DNA of 64,000 nucleotides from Dehalococcoidales bacterium (GCA_034419075.1 DAOULR010000025.1:9065-73064), one strand, 5' to 3'; counted from the stretch's first letter, positions 16,760 through 25,947 are shown. Notes: generated from the letters alone by a model not told the origin. A program made the numbers and translations.

Positions 16760-17584
16760 ATGCGTGTGCCAGAAGAAGTAAGGAAATGTGTTGTATTTGT
16801 AGGCCTGCCTGTTACCAAGCCTAATGGTCAACGGGGAATAAACCTCAAAGGGACTGGCTTCCTTACAGCAGTACCTTCCGAAAGTAACCCAAATAGAGCC
16901 TATGTATATCTAGTTACAGCCAAACATGTAGCAGATAAACTTGAAGGACAGAAGTTTGCGGCACGAGTGAATACAAAAGAAGGGAGTTCCAAACGAGTAA
17001 TTTGGGAGGAAATACGATGGTGGCATCATCCAACAGACCAGTTAGCAGATGTAGCCGTCGTTCCTTTTAAACCACCACCAGAGTTAGACTTTAAACTCAT
17101 CCCACTTAGCGTGTTCATTTCAGATGATGTAATACGAAACGAGCACATTGGCATTGGTGACGATGTATTTATGACGGGACTTTTTGCCCATCTCAGCGGC
17201 TCGAAGAGGAATCTCCCCATCTTACGTTTCGGCAGCATTGCTATGATGCCTGATGAGCCAGTACCGACAAGCATAGGAATGATAGAAGCTTATCTAATTG
17301 AAGCTAGGTCAATAGGAGGACTAAGCGGTTCACCAGCCTTTGTCTACAAGATAACAGGGAGTAGAGGTAAATTGTATCTGCTGGGACTGATGCACGGCCA
17401 TTGGGACATTCCTCCAGAAAACAAGAATGACCTTGCGGTCAAAGATTCCTTCGGGTCTGTAAACATGGGCATCGCTATAGTCGTGCCAGCAAAAAAGATT
17501 CTAGAGACGCTCAACCACCCGGAGCTAGTTGAAATAAGACGGAAGGGTGACGAGAAAGAAAAACAGACTCAGGAGAATTCTTAG
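16760..17584 (+). CDS. Trypsin-like (chymotrypsin-fold) serine protease, no signal peptide
   Basis: 274 aa. Candidate triad His in LVTAKHV, Asp in LADVAVV, Ser in GGLSGSP. One counted 60-nt line is 42% GC versus about 60% in neighbours. Its stop codon overlaps the nfnB stop. Confidence 0.7.
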   Translation: MRVPEEVRKCVVFVGLPVTKPNGQRGINLKGTGFLTAVPSESNPNRAYVYLVTAKHVADKLEGQKFAARVNTKEGSSKRVIWEEIRWWHHPTDQLADVAVVPFKPPPELDFKLIPLSVFISDDVIRNEHIGIGDDVFMTGLFAHLSGSKRNLPILRFGSIAMMPDEPVPTSIGMIEAYLIEARSIGGLSGSPAFVYKITGSRGKLYLLGLMHGHWDIPPENKNDLAVKDSFGSVNMGIAIVVPAKKILETLNHPELVEIRRKGDEKEKQTQENS

Positions 17585-18978
17585 CCCCTCAAAAACTTGT
17601 CCATGTCCGCCGCGGCAACCTTGCCCGCACCCATAGCGCTAATCACCGTAGCCGCACCGGTAACAATATCGCCGCCCGCCCAGACCCTGTCCTTGACCGT
17701 CTTACCCGTCGCCTCGTCAGCGACCACGGTGCCCCACTTGGTCGTCTCCAGCCCCTCGGTAGTGGAGGCGATGAGGGGATTGGGGCGGGTGCCCAGAGCC
17801 ACGATGACCTCGTCAACGTCAATGACGAACTCGCTGCCCTCCTTGACCACGGGACGTCGGCGGCCGCTGTCGTCGGGCTCGCCGAGTTCCATCTCGTAAC
17901 ACTCCATGCCCACCACCCAGTTCTGCTCGTCGCCTAAAAACTGCTTGGGGTTGGTCAGGAGCTTAAACTCGATGCCCTCCTCCATGGCGTTCTCCACCTC
18001 TTCACGGCGGGCGGGCATCTCCGCCTCGGAACGGCGGTAGACTATATAGACCTTGTCGGCGCCCAGCCTCAAAGCGCAGCGGGCCGAGTCCATGGCCACG
18101 TTGCCGCCGCCGATGACGGCCACCTTCTTGCCGATTTTGACGGGGGTGTCGTACTGGGGGAAAAGGTAGGCCTTCATCAGGTTGACGCGGGTCAGAAATT
18201 CGTTGGCCGAATAGATGCCGTTGAGGTTCTCGGTGGGGTAGCCCAGAAACATGGGCAGGCCCGCGCCCGTGCCCAGAAAGACGGCTTCAAAGCCCTGAGC
18301 CAGTATCTCGTCAATGGTAGCCAGCTTGCCCACCACCGAGTCCAGCTCGATTTTGACCCCCAGCGAGGCGACATAGTCCACCTCGTTCTGGACGATTTCC
18401 TTGGGCAGACGGAACTCAGGGATGCCGTACATGAGGACGCCGCCGGCGACGTGCAAGGCCTCGAAGATAGTGACGCTGTGGCCCATCTTGGCCAGGTCGG
18501 CGGCGGCCGTTAGGCCCGCGGGCCCCGAGCCGACCACGGCTATTTTCTTACCTGTAGGTTTAGGAGACTTGGGTTGTTTTTTAGTCGCCCCCATGTTGGC
18601 CCGCTCCCAGTCGGCGACAAAGCGCTCCAGGCGGCCGATAGCGATGGGGGCCTCTTTCTTAGCCAGCGTGCAGGTGGCCTCGCACTGGGTCTCCTGGGGG
18701 CAGACCCGCCCGCAGATACCGGGCAGGGCGTTCTTGCTCTTTAAGACCCTGACCGCTTCAGGCATATCGCCCTCGCGGATGGCGAGGATAAAGTCGGGGA
18801 TGTCAACGCCCACCGGGCAGCCCTCGACGCAGTTGCGCTTGGGGCACTGGATGCAGCGGCTGGCCTCTTCCTGGGCCTGCTCTAGGCCGTAGCCCAGCGC
18901 CACCTCGTTAAAGTTTTTGGCCCTTTTCTTGGGCTCCTGACGGGGCATGGCTACCCGGTTCAGATTCAGCTTCGGCAT
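17581..18978 (-). CDS. nfnB: NfnB / GltD-like NADPH-dependent oxidoreductase (glutamate synthase small-subunit family)
   Basis: 465 aa. N-terminal 2x[4Fe-4S] Cys clusters (CIQCPKRNCVEGCP, CGRVCPQETQCEATC). VVGSGPAGL and VIGGGNVAMD dinucleotide folds. Paired with an NfnA-like gene. Confidence 0.8.
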   Translation of the reverse strand: MPKLNLNRVAMPRQEPKKRAKNFNEVALGYGLEQAQEEASRCIQCPKRNCVEGCPVGVDIPDFILAIREGDMPEAVRVLKSKNALPGICGRVCPQETQCEATCTLAKKEAPIAIGRLERFVADWERANMGATKKQPKSPKPTGKKIAVVGSGPAGLTAAADLAKMGHSVTIFEALHVAGGVLMYGIPEFRLPKEIVQNEVDYVASLGVKIELDSVVGKLATIDEILAQGFEAVFLGTGAGLPMFLGYPTENLNGIYSANEFLTRVNLMKAYLFPQYDTPVKIGKKVAVIGGGNVAMDSARCALRLGADKVYIVYRRSEAEMPARREEVENAMEEGIEFKLLTNPKQFLGDEQNWVVGMECYEMELGEPDDSGRRRPVVKEGSEFVIDVDEVIVALGTRPNPLIASTTEGLETTKWGTVVADEATGKTVKDRVWAGGDIVTGAATVISAMGAGKVAAADMDKFLRG

Positions 18979-18990
18979 TTATTTACTCCT

Positions 18991-19824
18991 CTAGGCGGAG
19001 TGGCTTTTCTGCCACTCCTCGTAAGCGCACTTCTCTTCGCCCAGATAGATACGCTGGCGGGCGGCCATCAGGTCCCAGTCAACCTGGTGCCCGTCGAAAT
19101 CGGGGCCGTCAACGCAGGCGAACTTGGTCTCGCCGCCGACGGCGACGCGGCAGCAGCCGCACATGCCCGTACCGTCGACCATGATGGGGTTGAGGCTGAC
19201 GATGGTCTTGACCTTGAAGGGCAGCGTGGTCAGGGCGCAGAACTTCATCATGACCACGGGGCCGATGGCGACGACGCGGTCAATCTTTTCGCCACCTTCC
19301 AGCATTTCTTTAAGCGGCTCGGTGACGACGCCTTTTCGCCCGTAGGAGCCGTCGTCGGTGGTGACAATCATCTGGTCGCTGACGGACTGGAGCTTGTCCT
19401 CCCAGAAAAGCAGCTCCTGGCTGCGCGCCCCCAGTATGGTGATAATGCGGTTGCCCGCTTTTTTCAGCGCGCGGGCGATGGGGGCAACCGGCGCCGCCCC
19501 CACCCCACCGGCGACACAAGCGACAGTTCCGAACTTTTCAATCTCGGCGGGTACGCCCAAGGGGCCCACGAAGTCGGCTATTGAGTCGCCCTCTCCGAGC
19601 AAGGCCAGGCGGGCGGTGGTGGCGCCCACCTCCATAAAGACGATGGTAACCGTGCCCTCTTTTTCGTCCCAGTCGGCGATGGTCAGGGGGATGCGCTCGC
19701 CCTTCTCATCAATCCTGACCACAACGAACTGCCCCGCTTTAGCCTTCTTGGCCACAGCGGGTGCGGCCATCTTAAAAAGGTGAATTTGGGGCACCAGGTC
19801 TTGCTTTAATAGAATCTTATACAA
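18991..19824 (-). CDS. nfnA: NfnA / SudB-like ferredoxin-NADP reductase-type subunit (FAD, 2Fe-2S)
   Basis: 277 aa with TTG start after GAGGTGA. Has the PyrK-like fold pattern and a C-terminal cluster GTGMCGCCRV...CVDGP. Confidence 0.8.
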   Translation of the reverse strand: MYKILLKQDLVPQIHLFKMAAPAVAKKAKAGQFVVVRIDEKGERIPLTIADWDEKEGTVTIVFMEVGATTARLALLGEGDSIADFVGPLGVPAEIEKFGTVACVAGGVGAAPVAPIARALKKAGNRIITILGARSQELLFWEDKLQSVSDQMIVTTDDGSYGRKGVVTEPLKEMLEGGEKIDRVVAIGPVVMMKFCALTTLPFKVKTIVSLNPIMVDGTGMCGCCRVAVGGETKFACVDGPDFDGHQVDWDLMAARQRIYLGEEKCAYEEWQKSHSA

Positions 19825-19852
19825 AGCGGCTCACCTCAAATAAGATTAAACT

Positions 19853-19888
19853 AAAAAGGCTATCCCTGAAGCGTTTTCAGAGATAGCC
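19853..19888 (-). terminator. Terminator-like hairpin in the nfnAB 5' leader / divergent intergenic region
   Basis: 13-bp arms GGCTATCcCTGAA / TTCAGaGATAGCC (1 mismatch) with loop gcgtt. Read on the minus strand it is followed by TTTTTAGTTT, and it ends 29 nt upstream of the nfnA TTG start. Confidence 0.45.
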
Positions 19889-20020
19889 CCGATGATAGTT
19901 ATTCATAAAGCTCAATCCATAAAGAGAGGATAGCAGCAAATATTAAAAAATTCAAGCCGATTTGAGCCCAAAACCCGTTGCCTAATTATTGCCAAAGGTA
20001 TATTATAGTAAGCACCGCAT

Positions 20021-20049
20021 TTGACTTGAGAGAAAGGGGTGGTCATTAT
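20021..20049 (+). promoter_or_regulatory. Candidate promoter for remA-gmk
   Basis: TTGACT (20021-20026), 17 nt spacer, CATTAT (20044-20049). A second candidate, TTGCCT-N17-TATTAT, lies about 40 nt upstream. Confidence 0.3.
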
Positions 20050-20111
20050 CGACGATTTAGCACGATTTAGAGACGCGAACGTTATTAAAAGTAATCTGCC
20101 GAGGTGTTAAG

Positions 20112-20405
20112 ATGGTCGCCGAGCTTATTCACATTGGATTCGGAAATATACTAGCCATGAACAGGGTCATTTCTATAGCTTCGCCTAACTCCGCACCCAC
20201 CAAACGAACCATCCAACAGGCTAAAAATAAGGGGCTGCTGATTGACATGACCAGCGGCCGCAGAACCAAAGCCGTTATCTTTACCGATAGCGGGCACATT
20301 ATTCTGGGCGCCCTCGCCCCAGAAACCATTGCTGGCCGGCTGCAAGCCAGCCGAGGAGGCCCATTGCTCAAGCCAGAGCCAAGCGATGAAAAAGACGAAC
20401 CCTAA
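20112..20405 (+). CDS. remA: RemA/YlzA (DUF370) extracellular-matrix regulatory protein homologue
   Basis: 97 aa. [59 protein letters not shown] is the highly conserved RemA sequence. Followed by gmk as in Firmicutes. Confidence 0.85.
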   Translation: MVAELIHIGFGNILAMNRVISIASPNSAPTKRTIQQAKNKGLLIDMTSGRRTKAVIFTDSGHIILGALAPETIAGRLQASRGGPLLKPEPSDEKDEP

Positions 20406-21018
20406 AGATATCCCCCTCAACCCCACCCCCAAACCGCTGCTCATTGTCCTCTCCGGCCCTTCCGGAGCGGGCAAAGACGCCGTCCTGAACCAGATGAAGG
20501 CGGCGGGCTACCCCGCCAAGTTTATCACCACCGCCACCACCCGACCCCGCCGCGCCGACGAAGAAGATAATATCGCCTATAAATTCGTCTCCGAAAAAGA
20601 CTTCCAGAAGATGCTGAAGAACAAGGAGCTTTTGGAGTACGCCAATGTCTACGGAAACTGGTACGGCGTGCCCAGAGAGCCGATTAAAAAAGCCCTGGCG
20701 GCGGGGGAAGATACCATCGTCAAGGTGGATGTGCAGGGGGCGGCTACGCTAAAGAAAATCCTGCCCGAGGCGGTCTTTATCTTCCTCACCTCACCGACAG
20801 CAGATGAGCTGGAGACCAGGCTGCGGGAACGCCAGACCGAATCCGATTTCGACTGCGACCTGCGCCTGAAGACCGCCGCCGAAGAGATGAAGCAGTTGCA
20901 CCTCTTTGACTATATTGTCTACAACGAACGAAATGAAATAGAGCGGGCGGCATCAGCCATCGCCGCCATCATCACCGCTGAGAAGTGCCGCCGCATCCCA
21001 CGGGAAGTCAGCCTCTAA
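20386..21018 (+). CDS. gmk: Guanylate kinase
   Basis: P-loop [10 protein letters not shown], then [19 protein letters not shown] and YGNWYG. The track ORF starts at 20329; the ATG at 20386 gives a normal length. Confidence 0.9.
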   Translation: MKKTNPKDIPLNPTPKPLLIVLSGPSGAGKDAVLNQMKAAGYPAKFITTATTRPRRADEEDNIAYKFVSEKDFQKMLKNKELLEYANVYGNWYGVPREPIKKALAAGEDTIVKVDVQGAATLKKILPEAVFIFLTSPTADELETRLRERQTESDFDCDLRLKTAAEEMKQLHLFDYIVYNERNEIERAASAIAAIITAEKCRRIPREVSL

Positions 21019-21022
21019 GCAA

Positions 21023-22024
21023 CTAGACTATCATCTTCAGCAGCCAGGCGAAGAGATAGCCCAACCCCCCGCAGATGGGAAAGGTCAGTATCCAGGCGGC
21101 GACAATATTGCCCGCTATCCCCCAGCGCACCGCCGAAAACCTCTTGGTAGCTCCTATGCCCATAATGGCGGCGCTGGCGCAGTGGGTGGTGCTCACCGGA
21201 ATACCCACCAGCGAGGCTCCCTCGATAACCGCCGCCGCCGAGAGGTTGGCGGCAAAGGCGTGAACCGGCTGCAGGTCGGTAACCTTCATCCCCAGTGTCT
21301 TGATGACCCGCCAGCCGCCGACAGCCGTCCCCAAGCTTATGGATAAAGCCGACAGGGCGATTACCCAAAAGGGGATGCTATCCCAGAGAGCGGCGTTGCC
21401 GGTATAGATGACCAGCGCCATGGTGATAACGCCGATGGGCATCTGGCCGTCGTTCTTGCCGTGGCTGTAGGATAAAAAGGCGGTGGTCAGCCACTGCAGA
21501 CGGCTGAAAATAATCCTCATAAAGGCGGGGGCGCTCTGCCGGAAGACCCAGAAGAGGACGACCATGACGGCGAAGCCGCCGACGAAACCGAGGACGGGAG
21601 CCGCCACCACCGACGACAGCACCCGCCCCATAACGCCCCATTGTATGGCATCCACGCCCACCGTGGCGGCTCCAGCGGCGGCCAGCCCGCTGACGAAGCC
21701 GTGGGTTATGCTGACCGGCAGACCCAGGTAGGTGGCTACACCCCCCCAAATAATAACCGCCGCCAGGGCGGCAATCACCGTCACGTAGGATATCGCATCC
21801 GGGATTAGAATTCCTTTGCCGATGGTGCGCGCCACTGCCAGACCGGTGGCGGCGCCGGCAAAATTGAAGCAGGCGGCCAGTATGACCGCGTTGCGGGGGG
21901 AAATAGAACGGGAGCCGACCGAAGCCCCGATGGCGTTAGCGGCGTCGTTGAAGCCGTTGACCAGACCGAAGCCAACGGCAAAGACGACAATAATTATCAG
22001 GTAACCGAGGGCAAAATCAGGCAT
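21023..22024 (-). CDS. Inorganic phosphate transporter, PiT family
   Basis: 333 aa, polytopic. GFNDAANAIG and HGKNDGQ motifs typical of PHO4/PiT. Confidence 0.9.
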   Translation of the reverse strand: MPDFALGYLIIIVVFAVGFGLVNGFNDAANAIGASVGSRSISPRNAVILAACFNFAGAATGLAVARTIGKGILIPDAISYVTVIAALAAVIIWGGVATYLGLPVSITHGFVSGLAAAGAATVGVDAIQWGVMGRVLSSVVAAPVLGFVGGFAVMVVLFWVFRQSAPAFMRIIFSRLQWLTTAFLSYSHGKNDGQMPIGVITMALVIYTGNAALWDSIPFWVIALSALSISLGTAVGGWRVIKTLGMKVTDLQPVHAFAANLSAAAVIEGASLVGIPVSTTHCASAAIMGIGATKRFSAVRWGIAGNIVAAWILTFPICGGLGYLFAWLLKMIV

Positions 22025-22643
22025 GCTTGAGGGCTACCCCTTCAAGGACGTTAGCTACATCCTCGCAACGGTCGGTGGCGCTTTCCATATGAGCATAAAT
22101 CTCGCGCCACTTGATAACATTAGCTATATCGGAGGAATCGGAGAAGAGCTCAGCCATCGCCGAGCGGTAGACCCTGTCGGCGACGTTTTCCAATCGGTTA
22201 ATCTCGACACAGCGTTTGAGCACCTGGCTCAGGACGATGTGCTTCCTGAGCTGAGGTACTACCCTCTCTACCTCTTCCGCCGCCTGGACGATAATATCGG
22301 CCAGCTCCCTGGCCCGGGGGCCGGGGCGGTCTACTTTGTAGAGGAGCATGGAGTCCGCCGCCGCATGAATAAAGTCGATGATGTCGTCCAGGGAATGAGC
22401 CAGCTGGACAATATCCTCCCGGTCGAAGGGGGTGACGAAGGTGCGGTGCACCCGCGCCATAATGCTGTGGGTGATGGTATCCCCCTGGTGCTCAAGCTCG
22501 GTTATCTCAGCGACACTGCCCTCGACATTTTTCCAGTTATCGACCATTTCCTTGAGTCGATGCGCCGCTTCAACCACGTTCTGTGCGCTCGCCTGGAAGA
22601 GGTCGAAAAACTTTTCCTCACGGGGAATAAAGGGGAACTTCAC
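22017..22643 (-). CDS. DUF47 / PhoU-like Pit accessory protein
   Basis: FFDLFQASAQNVVEAA...GDTITHSIMARVHRTFVTPFDREDI matches the TIGR00153-type family. GTG at 22643 follows AAGGAGG (the track ORF extends to 22718). Overlaps the pit start by 8 nt. Confidence 0.85.
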   Translation of the reverse strand: MKFPFIPREEKFFDLFQASAQNVVEAAHRLKEMVDNWKNVEGSVAEITELEHQGDTITHSIMARVHRTFVTPFDREDIVQLAHSLDDIIDFIHAAADSMLLYKVDRPGPRARELADIIVQAAEEVERVVPQLRKHIVLSQVLKRCVEINRLENVADRVYRSAMAELFSDSSDIANVIKWREIYAHMESATDRCEDVANVLEGVALKHA

Positions 22644-22864
22644 GCCCGATACCTCCTTTGCCCATCGCGGGCATACGGAATAAACGTCCTTGGGAAACCA
22701 GGGGTACAACGGAGACAATTAGTCAACATGGTTCCACCGTGAGTTTAGTTGAGGGTCAAATAATTGTCAAGAGATAGAGGTTATTGACAGACAGTGTTTT
22801 GAGGCATAAACTTACCAAAGCCCGCGGATTTTTAAGGTAGTGTTAAAATCGGTTAAACCTTACA

Positions 22865-24325
22865 ATGCAAGATAACTACCGACCCAAACCCGGGGACAGG
22901 ATTTTCCGTCCCCGCCGCATCAAACGTGATAGACTGAGAAGGGTGCTGGGCATCCCTGCCCTTTTCAGCGCCGGCTACGGCAACGTCGGCTCATCCATTT
23001 ATTACGCCTTAGGGATAGTGGCCGTGGTCGCGCTGGGAGCAACCCCCGTTGCGCTGGGCATCGCCGGTATCCTGTTTATTTTCACCGCCCTGACCTATGC
23101 CGAGGGCACCGCCATGCTGCCCGAAGCCGGCGGGTCGGCCAGCTTTGCCCGCCACGGCTTTAACGATATGACCGGCTTTATCGCCGGCTGGGCGCTGATG
23201 CTGAGCTATATCGTCACCATCTCCATCTCCGCCTATACCATCCCACCCTACCTCGGCTTTTTCTTCGAGCCCTTTAAAGCCTCCCCCCTGCTGGGCACCG
23301 CCACCTCTATAGGCATCGTCTTTTTCCTGATGATGATAAACGTCATCGGCATCAAGGAGACCTCGTGGGTTAACATCAGCGCCGCCATACTGGATATAAC
23401 CACCCAGGTGGCGCTGGTGGTTATCGGCTTTATATTTCTCTTCGACCCGGTGGTGCTCTTTCACCGCATGATTGATAACTGGCCCAGCGCCGGGAACCTG
23501 GTCTTCGGCATCGCCCTGGCTTCAATTGCCTATACCGGCATTGAAACCATGTCCCAGATGGCGGAGGAGACGCGTAAGCCGGAGAGGAAGGTGCCGCGGG
23601 CGCTGGTCATGATGATTGTGGCTGTGCTGGTTATCTTCGCCGGCATTTCGCTGGTATCGCTCTCAGCGATGACCCCACAGGAGCTGGCTACCAACTGGGC
23701 CCGCGACCCGGTGGCGGGCATCGCCGCCAATATCCCCATAACCCTGATATCCGAAGTGCTCAAACCGCTCATCGCCATCCTGGCCGGCTCCATCCTGCTC
23801 ATCGCCACCAACGCGGGGCTTATCGGCATCTCACGGCTGGCCTTCTCCCTGGGCACCCACAAGCTGCAGCCCTCCGCCCTGAGCAAGGTGCATCCCCGCT
23901 TTAAGACGCCCTATATTTCCATAATCCTGTTCAGCCTGATAGCCATGGTTATCTTGATTCCGGGTTTCTTTGGCGGCCAGGTCTTCGAAAATATGGGGGC
24001 ATTGTATGCCTTCGGCTCGCTGCTGGCCTTCATGTTCGCCCATGCTTCCATCCTCCGCATGAGAGTCAGCAAGCCAGATATGGAACGTCCCTTTAAGCTG
24101 GGCTGGAACATCAGAATCTTCGGCTGGGAACTGCCCATTACGGCTATCATCGGCCTGGTCTCCACCTTCGGGATATGGGTTATCATCTTGATTACCCAGC
24201 CCTATAGCCGCTGGGTAGGCTTAATCTGGATGGCGGTTGGGCTGGTTGTTTACTGCCTCTATCGCTGGAAATCGCATTTGCCCCTGACCCATCCGCCTAA
24301 AGAACCAGAGGAGGGGGGATTGTAG
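22865..24325 (+). CDS. APC superfamily amino acid/polyamine permease
   Basis: 486 aa with about 12 TM. SAGYGNVGSSIYYALG and TYAEGTAMLPEAGGSASF are typical APC N-terminal motifs. Confidence 0.85.
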   Translation: MQDNYRPKPGDRIFRPRRIKRDRLRRVLGIPALFSAGYGNVGSSIYYALGIVAVVALGATPVALGIAGILFIFTALTYAEGTAMLPEAGGSASFARHGFNDMTGFIAGWALMLSYIVTISISAYTIPPYLGFFFEPFKASPLLGTATSIGIVFFLMMINVIGIKETSWVNISAAILDITTQVALVVIGFIFLFDPVVLFHRMIDNWPSAGNLVFGIALASIAYTGIETMSQMAEETRKPERKVPRALVMMIVAVLVIFAGISLVSLSAMTPQELATNWARDPVAGIAANIPITLISEVLKPLIAILAGSILLIATNAGLIGISRLAFSLGTHKLQPSALSKVHPRFKTPYISIILFSLIAMVILIPGFFGGQVFENMGALYAFGSLLAFMFAHASILRMRVSKPDMERPFKLGWNIRIFGWELPITAIIGLVSTFGIWVIILITQPYSRWVGLIWMAVGLVVYCLYRWKSHLPLTHPPKEPEEGGL

Positions 24326-24384
24326 AGTCGCCTGCGGGAGATTATAATACGGTTACTCCATAACCTTGGCGATAATAAAATAAG

Positions 24385-24810
24385 ATGGAGTTCAGCAAGA
24401 TTCTGGTGCCGGTGACGGGCACCACGGCCGACGACGAGGTAATAAAGCTGGCCTGCCAGCTAGCCAAGCAGAGCAAGGCCAAGATGTGGGTGGTCTACGT
24501 GATTACGGTGAAGCGTACGCTGCCGCTGGACGCCGAGCTCACGCCCGACATCAAGAAGGCCGAGAGCATACTGGACCACATCGCTACCGTAGCCGAGGAT
24601 GAGGGCTACGAGGTGGAGACCGACCTGCTCCAGTCCCGCGAGGCGGGACCGACCATCGTCGACGAAGCCAGGGAAAGGGAGGCTGATTTAATCCTGATGG
24701 GGGTGGTCTACAAGCGGATTTTCGGGCAGTTCAGCCTGGGCAGCGTGGTGCCCTATGTCTTGCAGAACGCGCCCTGTGAGGTTATACTCTATCATCAGTA
24801 CACTCCCTAG
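24385..24810 (+). CDS. Universal stress protein (UspA family)
   Basis: 141 aa. ILVPVTGTTADDEVIKLA ... ADLILMG ... GSVVPYVLQNAPCEVILY. Confidence 0.85.
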   Translation: MEFSKILVPVTGTTADDEVIKLACQLAKQSKAKMWVVYVITVKRTLPLDAELTPDIKKAESILDHIATVAEDEGYEVETDLLQSREAGPTIVDEAREREADLILMGVVYKRIFGQFSLGSVVPYVLQNAPCEVILYHQYTP

Positions 24811-24822
24811 ACGAGTGAGGTT

Positions 24823-25242
24823 ATGAAAGTAGTAATTATGGGCTGTGGCCGGGTGGGGGGGAGGCTGGCGGGACTATTGGATAAAGAGAGACACGAGGTT
24901 ACCATCCTCGACCTCAATGACTACAGCTTCCGCCGACTGCCACCGGAATTTAAGGGCACCGCCCTAGTGGGCAACGGCACTGATGAGGACGCACTCAAAA
25001 AAGCGGGCATCGAGCAAGCCGACGCCTTTATCGCCCTGACCCAGGGGGACAACCGCAACATTATGGCCTGCCAGATTGCCAAGCACATCTTCAACGTGCC
25101 TCGGGTGCTCTGCCGCACCTACGACCCGCTGCGACAGGAGCTTTTCGGCTCACTGGGTATTGAGTCCTTCAGCCCGACCACCATATTCGCCCAGATGGTA
25201 AAGGAGAAGCTGCTCAAGGAAAAACCGCGGGAGACTAGCTAA
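24823..25242 (+). CDS. TrkA-N (RCK N-terminal, NAD-binding) domain protein
   Basis: 139 aa. VVIMGCGRVGGRLA Rossmann GxGxxG. Contains only the N domain. Confidence 0.8.
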   Translation: MKVVIMGCGRVGGRLAGLLDKERHEVTILDLNDYSFRRLPPEFKGTALVGNGTDEDALKKAGIEQADAFIALTQGDNRNIMACQIAKHIFNVPRVLCRTYDPLRQELFGSLGIESFSPTTIFAQMVKEKLLKEKPRETS

Positions 25243-25904
25243 TGTATATCATTATTATCGGCGGAGGGCAGGTGGGTTATTATCTAGCCAAGGCGCTGCT
25301 GGCCGAGGGGCACGAGCTGCTGGTGCTGGAAAAGGACGCCGCCCGGACCGCCTTTATCTGTAACGACCTGGGCAGTGTTGCCGTCCGCGGCGACGGCTGC
25401 GAGATGGCCACGCTGGAAGAGGCTGGGGCGGGGCGGGCTGACATGTTCGTCGCCGTTACTGGGGATGACGAAGATAACCTGGTTTCCTGCCAGGCCGCCA
25501 AGCATAAATTCAACGTACCCCGCACCGTGGCCCGCGTCAACAACCCCAAGAACGAGACCATCTTCAAGAAGATGGGCATCGACGTTACTATCAGCAGCAC
25601 CCAGAAAATCATGGAGAGCATAGAGGAAGAGGTGCCCACCCACCCCATAACGCACCTACTGGACATACAGGAGCAGGGGCTGGAGATGGTGGAGATAAAG
25701 GTCCCACCCCACGCCACCACCATCGGCAAGACGGTGAAGGAGCTGCGGTTGCCAGCGGGGAATACGCTGTTGCTGGTTATTCGCGGCCAGCAGAAGCCTT
25801 TCGCCCCCGACGAAGACACCGTCCTCGAAGCCGAAGATGAGATTGTAGCCATCACTACCCTCGAGACGGAAGAGGCGCTGGGGACCGCCCTCAGAGGTTC
25901 CTAA
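25242..25904 (+). CDS. trkA: TrkA-type potassium transport regulatory protein (TrkA-N + TrkA-C)
   Basis: 220 aa. IIIIGGGQVGYYLA, and a C-terminal TrkA-C-like segment (VEIKVPPHATTIGKTVKELRLP). ATGA-type overlap with the previous gene. Confidence 0.8.
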   Translation: MYIIIIGGGQVGYYLAKALLAEGHELLVLEKDAARTAFICNDLGSVAVRGDGCEMATLEEAGAGRADMFVAVTGDDEDNLVSCQAAKHKFNVPRTVARVNNPKNETIFKKMGIDVTISSTQKIMESIEEEVPTHPITHLLDIQEQGLEMVEIKVPPHATTIGKTVKELRLPAGNTLLLVIRGQQKPFAPDEDTVLEAEDEIVAITTLETEEALGTALRGS

Positions 25905-25947
25905 ACATTTAGTCATAACCGGTGAAGCTAACACCAGGAGGCTTCCC

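Noticed and set aside
16400-16831. 143-aa minus-strand ORF, and the small ORFs at 54476..54679 and 54624..54809, spanning intergenic regions.
   Set aside because: They run through family B repeat elements (poly-Pro/Gly translations of CCCACC/GGGG tracts). The repeats occur in both orientations, so no reading frame is conserved between copies.
19000-19584. 194-aa + strand ORF antisense to nfnA. The same pattern occurs at 29241..29843 (-), 44114..44863 (+), 62730..63383 (-), 32510..33064 (-), 47551..48060 (-) and 894..1478 (+).
   Set aside because: Each lies wholly inside a confidently assigned gene on the other strand, has no recognisable domain and has biased composition. All are treated as non-coding shadows.
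22023-22742. 239-aa + strand ORF covering the whole DUF47 gene.
   Set aside because: It is antisense to a gene with clear family motifs and an SD. It has no SD of its own and a low-complexity, Arg/Gly/Val-rich composition typical of shadow ORFs in high-GC DNA.
22780-22830. TTGTCAA-N13-TTGACAG imperfect inverted repeat in the pit/DUF47 - APC permease divergent region, considered as a Pho-box-like operator.
   Set aside because: The arms are only 6-7 nt and imperfect, and they do not match the direct-repeat architecture of known Pho boxes. There is too little evidence to call a site.
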